The notes: generated from the sequence alone by a model not told the origin. Shown: positions 9,489 to 19,053, counted from the stretch's first letter. The stretch: DNA of 64,000 bases from an uncultured Clostridia bacterium (GCA_946631895.1 CAMPAN010000003.1:2556-66555); one strand, 5' to 3'. Translations and numbers: made by a program.

Positions 9489-9517
9489 ATTTTAGTACGT
9501 TTGTGTTGCGTTCGCAA
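9489..9517 (-). promoter_or_regulatory. candidate sigma-A promoter of the amylase gene
   Basis: The minus strand reads TTGCGA, 17 nt, TAAAAT, about 60 nt upstream of the ATG. GGGAGGG RBS precedes the start. Confidence 0.4.
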
Positions 9518-9549
9518 TAGTTTTTGTTCATTTTCTGTTTACTTTTTTA

Positions 9550-9584
9550 CAAAAAAACAGCGCCCGGGGTGTTTCCCCGAGCGC
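9550..9584 (-). terminator. rho-independent terminator of the C11 peptidase gene
   Basis: The minus strand reads GCGCTCGGGG-aaaca-CCCCGGGCGC followed by TGTTTTTTTG. Confidence 0.8.
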
Positions 9585-9596
9585 AGTCCTTCGTTC

Positions 9597-12446
9597 TTAT
9601 TCGAATGTAATTGCTTCCGTCCAGAATTCGTTGCCGTAGATGTCCGTGAGGCAGTAGGTGACCTCGCATTCAAGACCGCCGAGGTCCATATAGCCGACCT
9701 CAAGCGCATTCTTCACAACGATCTGCTTGCCGTAGATGTAGCTGTTCTGATAGGAACCGTCCGCGCCGTAGCAGTCGAAGATGAAGTCGATCTTGTCCCC
9801 CGCCTTCAGCTGGATGAAGCCCTTGGACAGCGTCGGCGTTTCGGATTCGTCATAGACCGGCTGCACGCCTGCGACATAGCCGTATTCGTGATCCTCGATC
9901 TCGTTGTCGAACACGATGAACATATAGTAACGCTCGCCGTTCAGAAGGATCGGAACGTAGCCGACCTCCGCCCAGTTCTTGCCGTCTTCGACGTGCTGCA
10001 TGAAGTAGTACGCGACCGGCTGCTTGTTCACGGTGAGCCATGCATTGTCGAACTTGATGCGGAGATCGCCGTCCGTGTTGCGCATGCCCTCGCCGTTCGC
10101 GTCGAGGATATCCGCGTTGTCCATGCCGAGGTCGACGTAATGATCGCCCTCCTTGGCGAAGACGTTGATGCGGATCGACTTCACGAGATCCCACTTCTCC
10201 TTGCTCAGCTCGAGGACGTATTCGTCGTTCTTTTCGGTGAGCTCCATGTCCGCGACGGTCAGGCTGTTCTGCTCATAGTAGTCCTTGTTCGCAAGTGCTC
10301 TGCCGGAATCGAACCAGCCCGAAGAACCGCCGCCGAGGATGCCGCCTAAAAAGTCCATTGCGCCGCCGGACGACGAGCCGCCGTACAGCGATTCGGACCC
10401 GCCGAACAGCGAGGACAGCGAATCGTTGCTGCCGGAACCGCCGAGGTAGCCGCCGAGCAGCGTGGAAAGCATATCGCCCGAGGAGGACGACGGCATGGAG
10501 TCATATCCGCCGAACAGCGAACCGAACGGAGAGCTCGTCGTGCCGCCCGTTGCGATCTGACCGCCCGCGGCAAGGCTTGCAAAGCTCTTGATGCACTTGG
10601 AATACTCGCCGGATACGCCGATGCTGTTGTACAGCGCGACCGCAGAATTCATGCTCTTGAAGCTCGAGTACGGGAAGTAGATCGAAAGTCCGTTCGAATT
10701 CTTCATGGAGACGGACGTGCGGTTGTACTTCACGCAGCCCTTGAGCGCCTTTGCGAGCGCGTTCGCCTTGCTGCTGCCGATGCGGGTCGCAAAGTCGATG
10801 ACGTCGATGTGATTGACCTTCGAGGAAACACCGAACTCACGCGCGTCGGCACGGGCGTCCGCAACGGTCTTATACTCCTTGTCGTCGAGCATCTTGCCGA
10901 TCTCGCCGGAAAACTCGTCGAACGCTTCCGGGACCGTGCCTGCAAACTCCGCGAGGTCGACGATCGACAGCGTCGTGTTGCAGCCGGGATAGTTCTTTCT
11001 GCTGACGTCGGTAAAGTCGTCGATCAGCGTCTTTGCGAGCTCCGTCGTCTTGATCGAGGTGTTATTGGAAAGTGCGGAAAGCCAGTTCGTATAGTACCAG
11101 CCTGTGCCGGGCTCCGCTTCCTCGGACGCGATCAGATAATCCGCATAGGGCTCCGTGACGATCGCGGTTTCGAGCGTCGCCATCAGGCACGCGTCAAAGC
11201 CCACGAAATCGAACTTGACGCCGCCCTTCTTCAGCGCGGAATTGATCTTGTCGAGCGTCATCGTGCCGGATGCCGTCTGGTCGTAGCCGTAGCCGGAGAT
11301 CGCGCCGCCGCCGTGGTCCCACAGGATCAGCATGTAGCGGTTCGCCGGGTAGTTCTTTGCACAGTACTGAATGAAATCGACGAGCGTGTTCGGGTCGACC
11401 ATGCTCTTCTTGCCGACGTTCTTGTCAAGGATCTGCAGCCCGCGGCTTGTGACGCGGTAGCGCTGATTCGTCTTGTTCGAAATGACCGAGTTGTTCCATT
11501 TCTTTGCGCCGCCGGTCTCAACGATGATGTTGACCTTGTCGTCGTTCAGATTCGCATGCAGCATCTCGTTGAGGTCCGCCGTTGCCATGCTGTGCTCGCT
11601 CTCGAGGTCGCTGCCGCAGAGATAGACCATCAGCGTAACGGTGTCCTTTCCTTTGCCCTTGATCGTGGTATAGCGATCGCGCGCTTTGTTCGATACGGCT
11701 TCGCTGACCGTATCGGAGGACGTACTCGCGGAAACCGCCGAAGGCGCATTGTTGTCCGTCGCGTCAAACGGGTCCTCGCTGCTGCTTCCGAACAGCTGCG
11801 CAAGGAGGTCGGACGCGTAGCCCTGCTGCACGGAGTCGTCCGGGATCGTTTCGCTGCCGCCGATGTCCTGCGTATAGTCGTTTCCGCCGCTCTGCGAATA
11901 CCAGGAGCTGCCTTCGTTCTGCGTAATGCCGCTCTGTGAATAGCCGGAATTGCCTTCGTTCTGCGTGATGCCGCTCTGCATATCGATCACGTCGGTCAGC
12001 GACGAGCACATGCTGCCGCATCCGCCGCAGCCGCCGCATCCGCCGAAGACGCAGGATGCGAGGGCGATGATCAGGACGACAGCAAGAATGATCAGCACGA
12101 TCTTGCCGAGTTTGCCGCCGCGGCTTGCGCCGCCGGTCGCGCCTGCACCGCCGAGGGTGCTGAACACGTTCTGCCCCTGCGGTTCCTGCTGCTCGGTGAA
12201 CTGGCTCTGCGTATTCTGCGTGTTCTGGCTCTGCGAGCTCTGGTTCTGCGCGCCGCCGAACATTGAGAAGATATTGCCGCTCGGCGCGCTGCTTCCTGTG
12301 GGCTTTGCGCCGCCCTGCGTCTTTCTTCCCTGATAGCCGTCCTTCCGACCCGCAGGACCGTTGGTCTGAACCGGCTTGTCGTCGCGGCGGTTCAGGCTCG
12401 CGGTGCCGGAAATGATCTTTTTCCTGCGTTTGTTGTTGTTTTCCAT
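9597..12446 (-). CDS. membrane-anchored clostripain-family (peptidase C11) cysteine protease with low-complexity linkers
   Basis: ..YMLILWDHGGG.. (His-Gly) and ..FVGFDACLMA.. (Ala-Cys) match the C11 catalytic dyad context. There is a basic N-terminal tail and one TM helix (IVLIILAVVLIIALASCVF). Gly/Ser-rich linkers are present. Confidence 0.8.
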   Translation of the reverse strand: MENNNKRRKKIISGTASLNRRDDKPVQTNGPAGRKDGYQGRKTQGGAKPTGSSAPSGNIFSMFGGAQNQSSQSQNTQNTQSQFTEQQEPQGQNVFSTLGGAGATGGASRGGKLGKIVLIILAVVLIIALASCVFGGCGGCGGCGSMCSSLTDVIDMQSGITQNEGNSGYSQSGITQNEGSSWYSQSGGNDYTQDIGGSETIPDDSVQQGYASDLLAQLFGSSSEDPFDATDNNAPSAVSASTSSDTVSEAVSNKARDRYTTIKGKGKDTVTLMVYLCGSDLESEHSMATADLNEMLHANLNDDKVNIIVETGGAKKWNNSVISNKTNQRYRVTSRGLQILDKNVGKKSMVDPNTLVDFIQYCAKNYPANRYMLILWDHGGGAISGYGYDQTASGTMTLDKINSALKKGGVKFDFVGFDACLMATLETAIVTEPYADYLIASEEAEPGTGWYYTNWLSALSNNTSIKTTELAKTLIDDFTDVSRKNYPGCNTTLSIVDLAEFAGTVPEAFDEFSGEIGKMLDDKEYKTVADARADAREFGVSSKVNHIDVIDFATRIGSSKANALAKALKGCVKYNRTSVSMKNSNGLSIYFPYSSFKSMNSAVALYNSIGVSGEYSKCIKSFASLAAGGQIATGGTTSSPFGSLFGGYDSMPSSSSGDMLSTLLGGYLGGSGSNDSLSSLFGGSESLYGGSSSGGAMDFLGGILGGGSSGWFDSGRALANKDYYEQNSLTVADMELTEKNDEYVLELSKEKWDLVKSIRINVFAKEGDHYVDLGMDNADILDANGEGMRNTDGDLRIKFDNAWLTVNKQPVAYYFMQHVEDGKNWAEVGYVPILLNGERYYMFIVFDNEIEDHEYGYVAGVQPVYDESETPTLSKGFIQLKAGDKIDFIFDCYGADGSYQNSYIYGKQIVVKNALEVGYMDLGGLECEVTYCLTDIYGNEFWTEAITFE

Positions 12447-12622
12447 CTTTGAATCCTCCCTTTGGGTACATTCATTTGCAGTTTATATAATATCATTTTT
12501 TCCGCGGAAAGAAAAGAGTTTTTTCACGAATTGCGGGAATTCATATACAAAAATGCCCGGGATGCGCTCCCGGGCGTCGGCTTGTCTGATGCTCACTTGC
12601 TGCCTTTTGTCTCTTTGTTTCG

Positions 12623-12718
12623 GTTGTCAGGAGAACAACCATGTTCCGGATAGCGCACGCATATACATCATGCGTTCGAAGTTCCGATTTCTTCCCGCGC
12701 TAACCGTCCCCCTGTTAC
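12623..12718. repeat. about 100-bp repeat module (degenerate TGTCAGGAGAAC half-site ... CGCTAACCGTCCCC half-site) immediately 3' of the DUF4259-like gene
   Basis: Aligns by eye with 14335-14437. Shared blocks: GTTGTCA[G/A]GAGAAC, ACA[T/C]ATATACA, ATGCG, CGCTAACCGTCCCC. Confidence 0.7.
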
Positions 12719-12723
12719 CAATA

Positions 12724-13563
12724 TTACACGTCATCCCGAAAAACGCATATGCCGTCTTTCATTACGGTATATCTGTCGATAAATATTTTTTCAAATAGTT
12801 TTGTCGCTTTACCTCCAAAGGTTGTATTGTACGTTTTATCAGATGGTTCAATCAATTGATTATCTTGAATATTGCCGATATACTGATAGTTTTGTGCCTT
12901 CAACTCTCGTTTTGAATGGATGTTCAAGTCAATCAAATACCTTGCCCATACAGGTGTATGCCAAGCATTGTTAAGCAAAAGAGCCGACATGTCTCTCAGT
13001 TCGTCCAAAGCAGGTACTTGATCTCCCGTCCAACGATAAATCTGCACTACCGGTACGATTCTGTTCGGCCAATTGTTGGTCTCTGTAATCTTGCGAAAAG
13101 CGATGTACTTATCTTTCATCCCGTACTCTTCGCTATACTTACTGCGAAACCGGTATGCGAATACATCCCCCATATTCCATGGACACCGATATTCGGGGTA
13201 CTTTGCTACTCTTTTTCTTTCCGGTTGCTCCGACAATAATTTCTCTTTTAGTTTGGACAACACCTGCTTCCTTCTTTCCCACGTTTTTTCAGAATCCCAC
13301 CGATCATCTTCCGTTACAGTTTCAAGAAAATAAAGCGCTTTTTCTTTTACCTCCGGCGTCAATCGTCCGTAGTTCCACATGGTATCTGCAAGTGCATACC
13401 AAAACACATTTTCATCTTCGCTCCCGGCGGGCGGCAGATCTTTATTGAATACTTCCTCTAACGCTTCCTCGTCGGTTTTCCCAAATTTCAGCGCATCGCG
13501 ATAATCCGCTCGCACATCCATTGCATAGTCGTCCGAATAAAGCGCAACTCCCCATGCTCCCAT
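12724..13563 (-). CDS. DUF4259-like domain protein (function unknown)
   Basis: The MGAWGVALYSDDYAMDV.. start is the characteristic DUF4259 N-terminus (from memory). GGGAGG RBS present. The coding sequence is AT-rich. Confidence 0.55.
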   Translation of the reverse strand: MGAWGVALYSDDYAMDVRADYRDALKFGKTDEEALEEVFNKDLPPAGSEDENVFWYALADTMWNYGRLTPEVKEKALYFLETVTEDDRWDSEKTWERRKQVLSKLKEKLLSEQPERKRVAKYPEYRCPWNMGDVFAYRFRSKYSEEYGMKDKYIAFRKITETNNWPNRIVPVVQIYRWTGDQVPALDELRDMSALLLNNAWHTPVWARYLIDLNIHSKRELKAQNYQYIGNIQDNQLIEPSDKTYNTTFGGKATKLFEKIFIDRYTVMKDGICVFRDDV

Positions 13564-13653
13564 GTTTTACCTCCCTAATGCACAAAGTATTTCGCTTTCA
13601 GTATAGCCTTCTATGAGGTCTATCGCAATACCAAGGTTATTCTTAAACTTGAT

Positions 13654-13680
13654 TGTCATGGGGACGGTTCTCCTGACAAC
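13654..13680. repeat. GGGGACGGTTCTCCTGACA repeat unit
   Basis: TGTCATGGGGACGGTTCTCCTGACAAC lies between two island genes. Confidence 0.75.
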
Positions 13681-13719
13681 CTTTTCAAACTCACCTATTT
13701 TGGTCTTGACTTTTAATAG

Positions 13720-14235
13720 TTAGTCTTGACACTCTAAATACACAACGTTGTTCTTATCATCAACATGAATTTGCAATTCGATCCCGATATCACGGAGTAT
13801 ATTAATCAGTGTTTGATCGTCTATGATGACTGTTTTTGTCCCCCAACTAATGTACTTCTCGTCGTTATCAAGGCAATTCTCTGAAGGCAGCAAGCTGTTT
13901 GTACTATTCCACTTTTTATACCGATTCGGATAATCCATTTGAAGATATTCTGAACGACCGGTTTCGTCTTCCAAGAATACCATATGATGCTCATAGTCGA
14001 AAATAAAGTATTGACCATTCAACCGCAAGTCATTTCCTATATAATCAGCGCCCAATAGCACAAGAACATTTGACATTGGAAAAACTACTCCGCCTTTTTC
14101 ACGGAATGTGACCGATTGTACATATGATTCCGTTGATGTTTCATCGTTCACATAGAACTTTGTCAGTCCGTAATGTCCGCATCCAACGCATCCGATTATC
14201 ATGATTAGAATGATAAACAAAATAATTTTTCTCAT
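13720..14235 (-). CDS. hypothetical lipoprotein
   Basis: MRKIILFIILIMIIGCVGCGHY.. is a signal peptide with a lipobox-like Cys. AAGAGGAA RBS present. AT-rich. Confidence 0.6.
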   Translation of the reverse strand: MRKIILFIILIMIIGCVGCGHYGLTKFYVNDETSTESYVQSVTFREKGGVVFPMSNVLVLLGADYIGNDLRLNGQYFIFDYEHHMVFLEDETGRSEYLQMDYPNRYKKWNSTNSLLPSENCLDNDEKYISWGTKTVIIDDQTLINILRDIGIELQIHVDDKNNVVYLECQD

Positions 14236-14290
14236 ACGTCAGTTCCTCTTTCTATATATTCCAGTCTACACAATATATGTGACTAAGGGA

Positions 14291-14437
14291 TGTCAGAGGG
14301 ATGGTTCTCCTGACACTTTTTGTTTTCTATCGGCTGTTGTCAAGAGAACCGTCCCCCTGACACCAGGCGAGCGAACACATATACACAATGCGGACGAAAT
14401 ATCGAATTCATCCCACGCTAACCGTCCCCTTGACAAC
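14291..14437. repeat. palindromic pair of GGGGACGGTTCTCC-type units plus the about 100-bp module
   Basis: GTCAGAGGGATGGTTCTCCTGACA (14292-14315) faces TGTCAAGAGAACCGTCCCCCTGAC (14338-14361). CGCTAACCGTCCCCTTGACAAC is at 14416-14437. Confidence 0.8.
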
Positions 14438-14440
14438 GTC

Positions 14441-15271
14441 TTAACCAGCCCTTGACGCCGAAGAGAACACCCAACCATTATTCTCTTTCAGTTTGTGCAA
14501 TGATTCTCCAAATTCAAGTGTCTCAACTTTAAGAATATTATCAGCAGTTATGTCATTCGAGTCTGCGTTTACGATAATAAAAAAGCTTTCAGTAGAAGCA
14601 TCTTTGTTCTCTTGAAAAGTTGCATAATAGAGCATATTGTTTGTGTCTGTATCCAACGGAAGAATGTTTACTGTTCCTTCTGCTTTGTCAGTCTTTTTGT
14701 TTACAAATTTTTCCAATCCATTTTGAATTACAACTCCGTTCGGAGAAGTTAATAAATCCTCCATTCCGAAATAGTCTTTTTTACCTTTGGAATAGGGTCG
14801 CGTCACACAGTTGCTTATTTGTAGTGGTTGATCCCAGTCATTTCGATCCTTTAAGGTTTTAATCGCTTCCTGATCAAATATATCGTCGTATTTTGGAAAC
14901 ACGCTAGCTCTGCTTGTTTTTCCGAAAGTGAAGCATGCATCTTCATAATAATATATATTTTCTTCATCACTTTTTTGGATAATAAATGCAGCGACAAGCC
15001 AACTGTTCGAATCAACGTCTGGTATTGAAGAATAGAATTCATCCTTTGGAAAACGAATATAAAACATCGATCGACCAAATGTATCTGTTTCTATGCTATC
15101 TTTATCTATGGTTATAGAGTGTATGCCTCTCGGAAGTGGTATGCTATAAAGAGCAACCCTATACAAATCTGTCCTTTCCCCGATATATTGGGTACTACCG
15201 TTGAATAATGAGCAACCACATAAAGAAAACAGTAAAGCAATGGTAATGATTATAATCGCTAAATGCTTCAT
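14441..15271 (-). CDS. hypothetical lipoprotein
   Basis: MKHLAIIIITIALLFSLCGCSLF.. is a lipoprotein signal. GGAGGA lies 8 nt upstream of the ATG at 15271. The track start at 15328 was rejected. An extended -10 (TGCTATAAT) is at about 15312-15320. Confidence 0.6.
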   Translation of the reverse strand: MKHLAIIIITIALLFSLCGCSLFNGSTQYIGERTDLYRVALYSIPLPRGIHSITIDKDSIETDTFGRSMFYIRFPKDEFYSSIPDVDSNSWLVAAFIIQKSDEENIYYYEDACFTFGKTSRASVFPKYDDIFDQEAIKTLKDRNDWDQPLQISNCVTRPYSKGKKDYFGMEDLLTSPNGVVIQNGLEKFVNKKTDKAEGTVNILPLDTDTNNMLYYATFQENKDASTESFFIIVNADSNDITADNILKVETLEFGESLHKLKENNGWVFSSASRAG

Positions 15272-15380
15272 TTCACAAATCCTCCAATTCGTTTGACACG
15301 ATGAAATATTTATTATAGCAAAAGCCATTGAAATATCTCATAGAATAGAGCTAATCCAGTTAATTCTTCAACATGTGTAG

Positions 15381-15405
15381 TGTCACGGGGACGGTTCTCC
15401 CGACA
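15381..15405. repeat. GGGGACGGTTCTCC repeat unit at the right edge of the AT-rich island
   Basis: TGTCACGGGGACGGTTCTCCCGACA. Confidence 0.75.
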
Positions 15406-15424
15406 CACCTTTTGGTATTTGTGC

Positions 15425-15457
15425 AAAAAACGCCCGAAGGGGATCTCCCTTCGGGCG
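15425..15457 (-). terminator. rho-independent terminator of gap
   Basis: The minus strand reads CGCCCGAAGGGA-gatc-CCCTTCGGGCG followed by TTTTTT. Confidence 0.85.
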
Positions 15458-15467
15458 GTGAATCTGC

Positions 15468-16535
15468 TTACTGAAGCTCTGCGAAATACTTGATGGTGCG
15501 GACCATCTGCGAGGTGTAGCTGTTCTCGTTGTCGTACCAGGACACGACCTGCACCTGATAGGTGTCGTCGTCGATCTTCTGGACCATGGTCTGGTTCGCA
15601 TCGAACAGCGAGCCGTAGGTCATGCCGATGATGTCGGAGGAAACGAGCTTCTCGGTGGTGTAGCCGAAGGATTCGCTCGACTGCGCCTTCATTGCCGCGT
15701 TGACCGCTTCCTTGGTGACGTCCTTGCCCTTGACGACCGCAACGAGGATCGTGGTGGAGCCGGTCGCGACCGGGACGCGCTGTGCGGAGCCGATCAGCTT
15801 GCCGTTGAGCTCCGGAATGACGAGACCGATCGCCTTCGCCGCACCGGTGCTGTTCGGAACGATGTTCGCTGCGCCCGCGCGCGCACGCTGCAGGTCGCCC
15901 TTCTTGTGCGGACCGTCGAGGATCATCTGGTCGCCGGTGTACGCATGGACCGTGGTCATGATGCCCGCCTGGATCGGGAAGTTGTCATTCAGGGCCTTGG
16001 TCATCGGCGCGAGGCAGTTGGTGGTGCAGCTTGCCGCGGAGATGATCTTGTCTTCCTTGGTCAGGATGTTGTTGTTGACGTTATAGACGATGGTGGGCAG
16101 ATCGTTGCCTGCCGGCGCGGAAATGACGACTTTCTTTGCGCCTGCGTCAATGTGCGCCTGCGCCTTTGCCTTGCTGGTGTAGAAGCCGGTGCACTCGAGC
16201 ACGACGTCGACATGCAGCTTCTTCCAGGGCAGGTTCTGCGCCTTCGGCTCGGCATAGATGGTGATCTCCTTGCCGTCCACAGTGATGGAGCCGGGGACCT
16301 TCACGGTCTTGCCGTCTTCTTCAAACTCCGGTTCCTTGGATGTAACGGTGTGCTTGTTCTCGCCGATCACGCCGCAGTAACCCTTCTGCGCGGTGTCGTA
16401 CTTCAGAAGATGTGCCAGCATCGCCGGGCTGGTCAGGTCGTTGATCGCGACGATCTTATATCCCTTTGCGCCGAACATCTGACGGAATGCGAGACGGCCG
16501 ATGCGGCCGAAACCGTTGATTGCAACTCTTACCAT
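15468..16535 (-). CDS. gap: glyceraldehyde-3-phosphate dehydrogenase
   Basis: [19 protein letters not shown].. and ..SCTTNCLAP.. (active-site Cys). Confidence 0.95.
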   Translation of the reverse strand: MVRVAINGFGRIGRLAFRQMFGAKGYKIVAINDLTSPAMLAHLLKYDTAQKGYCGVIGENKHTVTSKEPEFEEDGKTVKVPGSITVDGKEITIYAEPKAQNLPWKKLHVDVVLECTGFYTSKAKAQAHIDAGAKKVVISAPAGNDLPTIVYNVNNNILTKEDKIISAASCTTNCLAPMTKALNDNFPIQAGIMTTVHAYTGDQMILDGPHKKGDLQRARAGAANIVPNSTGAAKAIGLVIPELNGKLIGSAQRVPVATGSTTILVAVVKGKDVTKEAVNAAMKAQSSESFGYTTEKLVSSDIIGMTYGSLFDANQTMVQKIDDDTYQVQVVSWYDNENSYTSQMVRTIKYFAELQ

Positions 16536-16643
16536 AAATATATACCTCCTGAGAATATATTTTTTCCTTTGCTATCGTACAACAAACGGGCAAAAAAAGC
16601 AAGTATTTCGAATAAGATTTGCTTAAAAATGTGATTTGACAGC

Positions 16644-16674
16644 AAAAAGGAGCTTTCCTCTGTCGGAAAGCTCC
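16644..16674 (-). terminator. rho-independent terminator downstream of 16690-18039
   Basis: The minus strand reads GGAGCTTTCC-gacaga-GGAAAGCTCC followed by TTTTT. Confidence 0.8.
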
Positions 16675-16689
16675 CGTTTTGATCACGGA

Positions 16690-18039
16690 TCATCCTCCCG
16701 TCGCAATAAACTTAATGACGGCGTCTCCGGTCACAACAAATGTCGTCGAGAACATAGCCCATATTTCTGCATCTCCGTATTTCGTGTATTTGATATACTC
16801 CGTCCCGTATATCGTACCGCTCGACACGGACTGTCCGGTCTCGTTCAGCGTCATGACAAACATGCCTCGGTACGCTCTTCTCCATGCCATGCATGTAACA
16901 ACCGTTCCTGCGGGAACCGCTGTGCCGCTATCCACGGTTTCTCCGCCGGCAACGATTGAGCAGCCGAGGGCGCTGATGGTGCACATTTTTACCTCTTCCG
17001 GCGACGGTGCAGGCGTAACAGGCGGCGGTCCGCCGGTTCCGTCGGACCAGCACGCATAGACCGGGCACGGAATCGGTCGATCCCATTCGCGATCCTCCAT
17101 GGTCTGTGCGTCCGGCTTTTCCGGGAAGAAATCAAAGTAGGTGACCGCATCGATTATGCGTCCGTCTTTGTCGCTCCAGCCAATAAAAGCCTTTCCCTCA
17201 CGCTCGGGTACGGGGAATGCGGCAAGATAACACAACCCCTCCGAATACACCGGGAAGCCTACGTCGTATTCGCCGAACAGATCTTCGTCGTAAAACTCCA
17301 GATGGAATTTGCTTCCGTCCTGCAGCCAGACGACATGGATCTCCGCTTCATAGATCTCGTCGGATCCCTGCGGAACGATCAACAGATCCGAAGTCGAAAG
17401 CGTATCGCCGAGCGGAATAGTGCCGATGACATCCGGATCCGCATTGTCAAAGTACAGGCTTTGCAGATAAGCAAGTCCGCTGTACCGCGTCAGCACGTAT
17501 CCGATTGCGCGGTAGCCTTCCTGCACGGGCAGCGGCGGCAGCCGGTACGCCGTGAACGTTTCCGCGTCCAGCATCTCATCCGCAATGATTTCACTCGGAT
17601 ACGGCGCATTCTCGGAGTTGAACACATCCGAATAGACCACAACATGGATCTTTCCGGAAAGCATCGTTGCAGCGGTCGGCTCTGCTGTCGGCTCCTCGGT
17701 TACTGCAGGCTGCGCGGACGGCGTCGGCGCAGGCGTAATCGACGGTTTCTCCGTCGCCTCAGGCGTCGCCTCCACGACGATCGAAGGCGCAGGCGTCTCC
17801 GACTGTGCGGATTTCTCCGGATTCACTCTGACAATCGGCGTAATGATGCCGAGCGTTACGACGCCCGCAGATGCAAGATACAGCACCGCTTTCGCTTTCC
17901 AGACCGAGGACCGTTTCTTCTCCTTCGGTTTCTTTACCGGCGTGCGGTTAAATTCGTCGGGCGGTGCAGCGATCTCCTGCCGTCTGTCGGTTGCATAATC
18001 CGGCGATATCTGATTCAGTTCATCAACGCTTTTTCTCAT
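16690..18039 (-). CDS. hypothetical type-II membrane protein with Pro/Thr/Glu-rich linker and possible InlB B-repeat-like module
   Basis: Basic N-terminal tail, one TM helix (AVLYLASAGVVTLGIITPIV), a PAPS/TEEP-rich linker, and a ..KAFIGWSDKDGRII.. motif. Confidence 0.5.
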   Translation of the reverse strand: MRKSVDELNQISPDYATDRRQEIAAPPDEFNRTPVKKPKEKKRSSVWKAKAVLYLASAGVVTLGIITPIVRVNPEKSAQSETPAPSIVVEATPEATEKPSITPAPTPSAQPAVTEEPTAEPTAATMLSGKIHVVVYSDVFNSENAPYPSEIIADEMLDAETFTAYRLPPLPVQEGYRAIGYVLTRYSGLAYLQSLYFDNADPDVIGTIPLGDTLSTSDLLIVPQGSDEIYEAEIHVVWLQDGSKFHLEFYDEDLFGEYDVGFPVYSEGLCYLAAFPVPEREGKAFIGWSDKDGRIIDAVTYFDFFPEKPDAQTMEDREWDRPIPCPVYACWSDGTGGPPPVTPAPSPEEVKMCTISALGCSIVAGGETVDSGTAVPAGTVVTCMAWRRAYRGMFVMTLNETGQSVSSGTIYGTEYIKYTKYGDAEIWAMFSTTFVVTGDAVIKFIATGG

Positions 18040-18144
18040 TCCGATCAGCCCCGTACCGCACGAACAGATCGTGCCGCCTGCCTCCTTTCCGGCAAAGTGT
18101 TTCCTCCGACAGATGATTGTCGTTTACTTTCCTCGTGTCTATTC

Positions 18145-19053
18145 TCATTTCTGACGGACGTCGAGCTGCGGGAACGGCACCTCAACGCCGAGCTTGCGCA
18201 TGCCGATAAACAGGTCGTGATTCAGCGTGCGGGAACCCATGTAGATGTCGCCCTCCGCCACGTCAACGATAAAGCGCAGCACGATCGCACTGTCATCCAG
18301 CTTGTCGACGCCGAGATATTCCGGAACGTCCAGCATCAGCGGCTGATTGTTTTCGTAGATCTCCTGCAGCAGCGCGGGCAACTGTTTTTCGAGCTCTTCG
18401 AGATCCGTTTCATACGGGATCGGAAACTCCGAAACCGATTTGGACGAATTGTCCGAACGGTTCAGAACGTTCTTCATATCGGAATTGTTGATGATCTTGA
18501 CGTTGCCGCCGACGTCGGTGATGACCGTCGAACGGACGTTGATCTCGGTCACCGTGCCGCGGAATCCGTCGACCTCGATGATGTCGCCGATGTTGTACTG
18601 ATTGTCGATCAGAATGAACATGCCGGTGACGATATCCGCGATCAGGCTCTCTGCGCCGAAGCCGATGATCAGCGCCAGGATTCCGAGACCGGCAAGAATC
18701 GTCACGATGTCGACGTTGAAGATCGTCAGCGCAACGCAGATCGCCGCAAGGATCACCGCGTACCGCAGCATATTTCTGATCAGCGAGATCAGCGTCCGGA
18801 CGCGGTTGTTCTTCGGCTTCGGCAGATCCAGCAGGAACAGGACGATGCTCTCCGCCGCGAACATGGCAAGCAGAATCAGAACGCCGCGCAGAACGGCTTT
18901 CCAGTTCCATTCAAATTTCGGGATTTCATGAAAAACGCCCGTCTTTTTGCCGATCAGGTAAACAAGAACGGCGATCGCCGCAAGAACAACGGCACGCGCT
19001 AGAGCGCGGTATTTTGAAGACCCGGATTTTTGACGTCTGTTCTTCGAACTCAT
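18145..19053 (-). CDS. mechanosensitive ion channel, MscS family
   Basis: ..IADIVTGMFILIDNQYNIGDIIEVDGFRGTVTEINVRSTVI.. is the MscS beta-domain signature. GGGAGGG lies 7 nt upstream of the ATG at 19053. An alternative start is at 19071. Confidence 0.85.
   Translation of the reverse strand: MSSKNRRQKSGSSKYRALARAVVLAAIAVLVYLIGKKTGVFHEIPKFEWNWKAVLRGVLILLAMFAAESIVLFLLDLPKPKNNRVRTLISLIRNMLRYAVILAAICVALTIFNVDIVTILAGLGILALIIGFGAESLIADIVTGMFILIDNQYNIGDIIEVDGFRGTVTEINVRSTVITDVGGNVKIINNSDMKNVLNRSDNSSKSVSEFPIPYETDLEELEKQLPALLQEIYENNQPLMLDVPEYLGVDKLDDSAIVLRFIVDVAEGDIYMGSRTLNHDLFIGMRKLGVEVPFPQLDVRQK

Noticed and set aside
12623-15405. Possible CRISPR array or integron cassette array formed by the GGGGACGGTTCTCC repeats
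   Set aside because: The repeats are irregularly spaced (hundreds of bp, with whole genes between them). They occur in both orientations and are imperfect. No cas genes and no integron integrase or attI are nearby. I keep only the weaker cassette-like statement as a finding.
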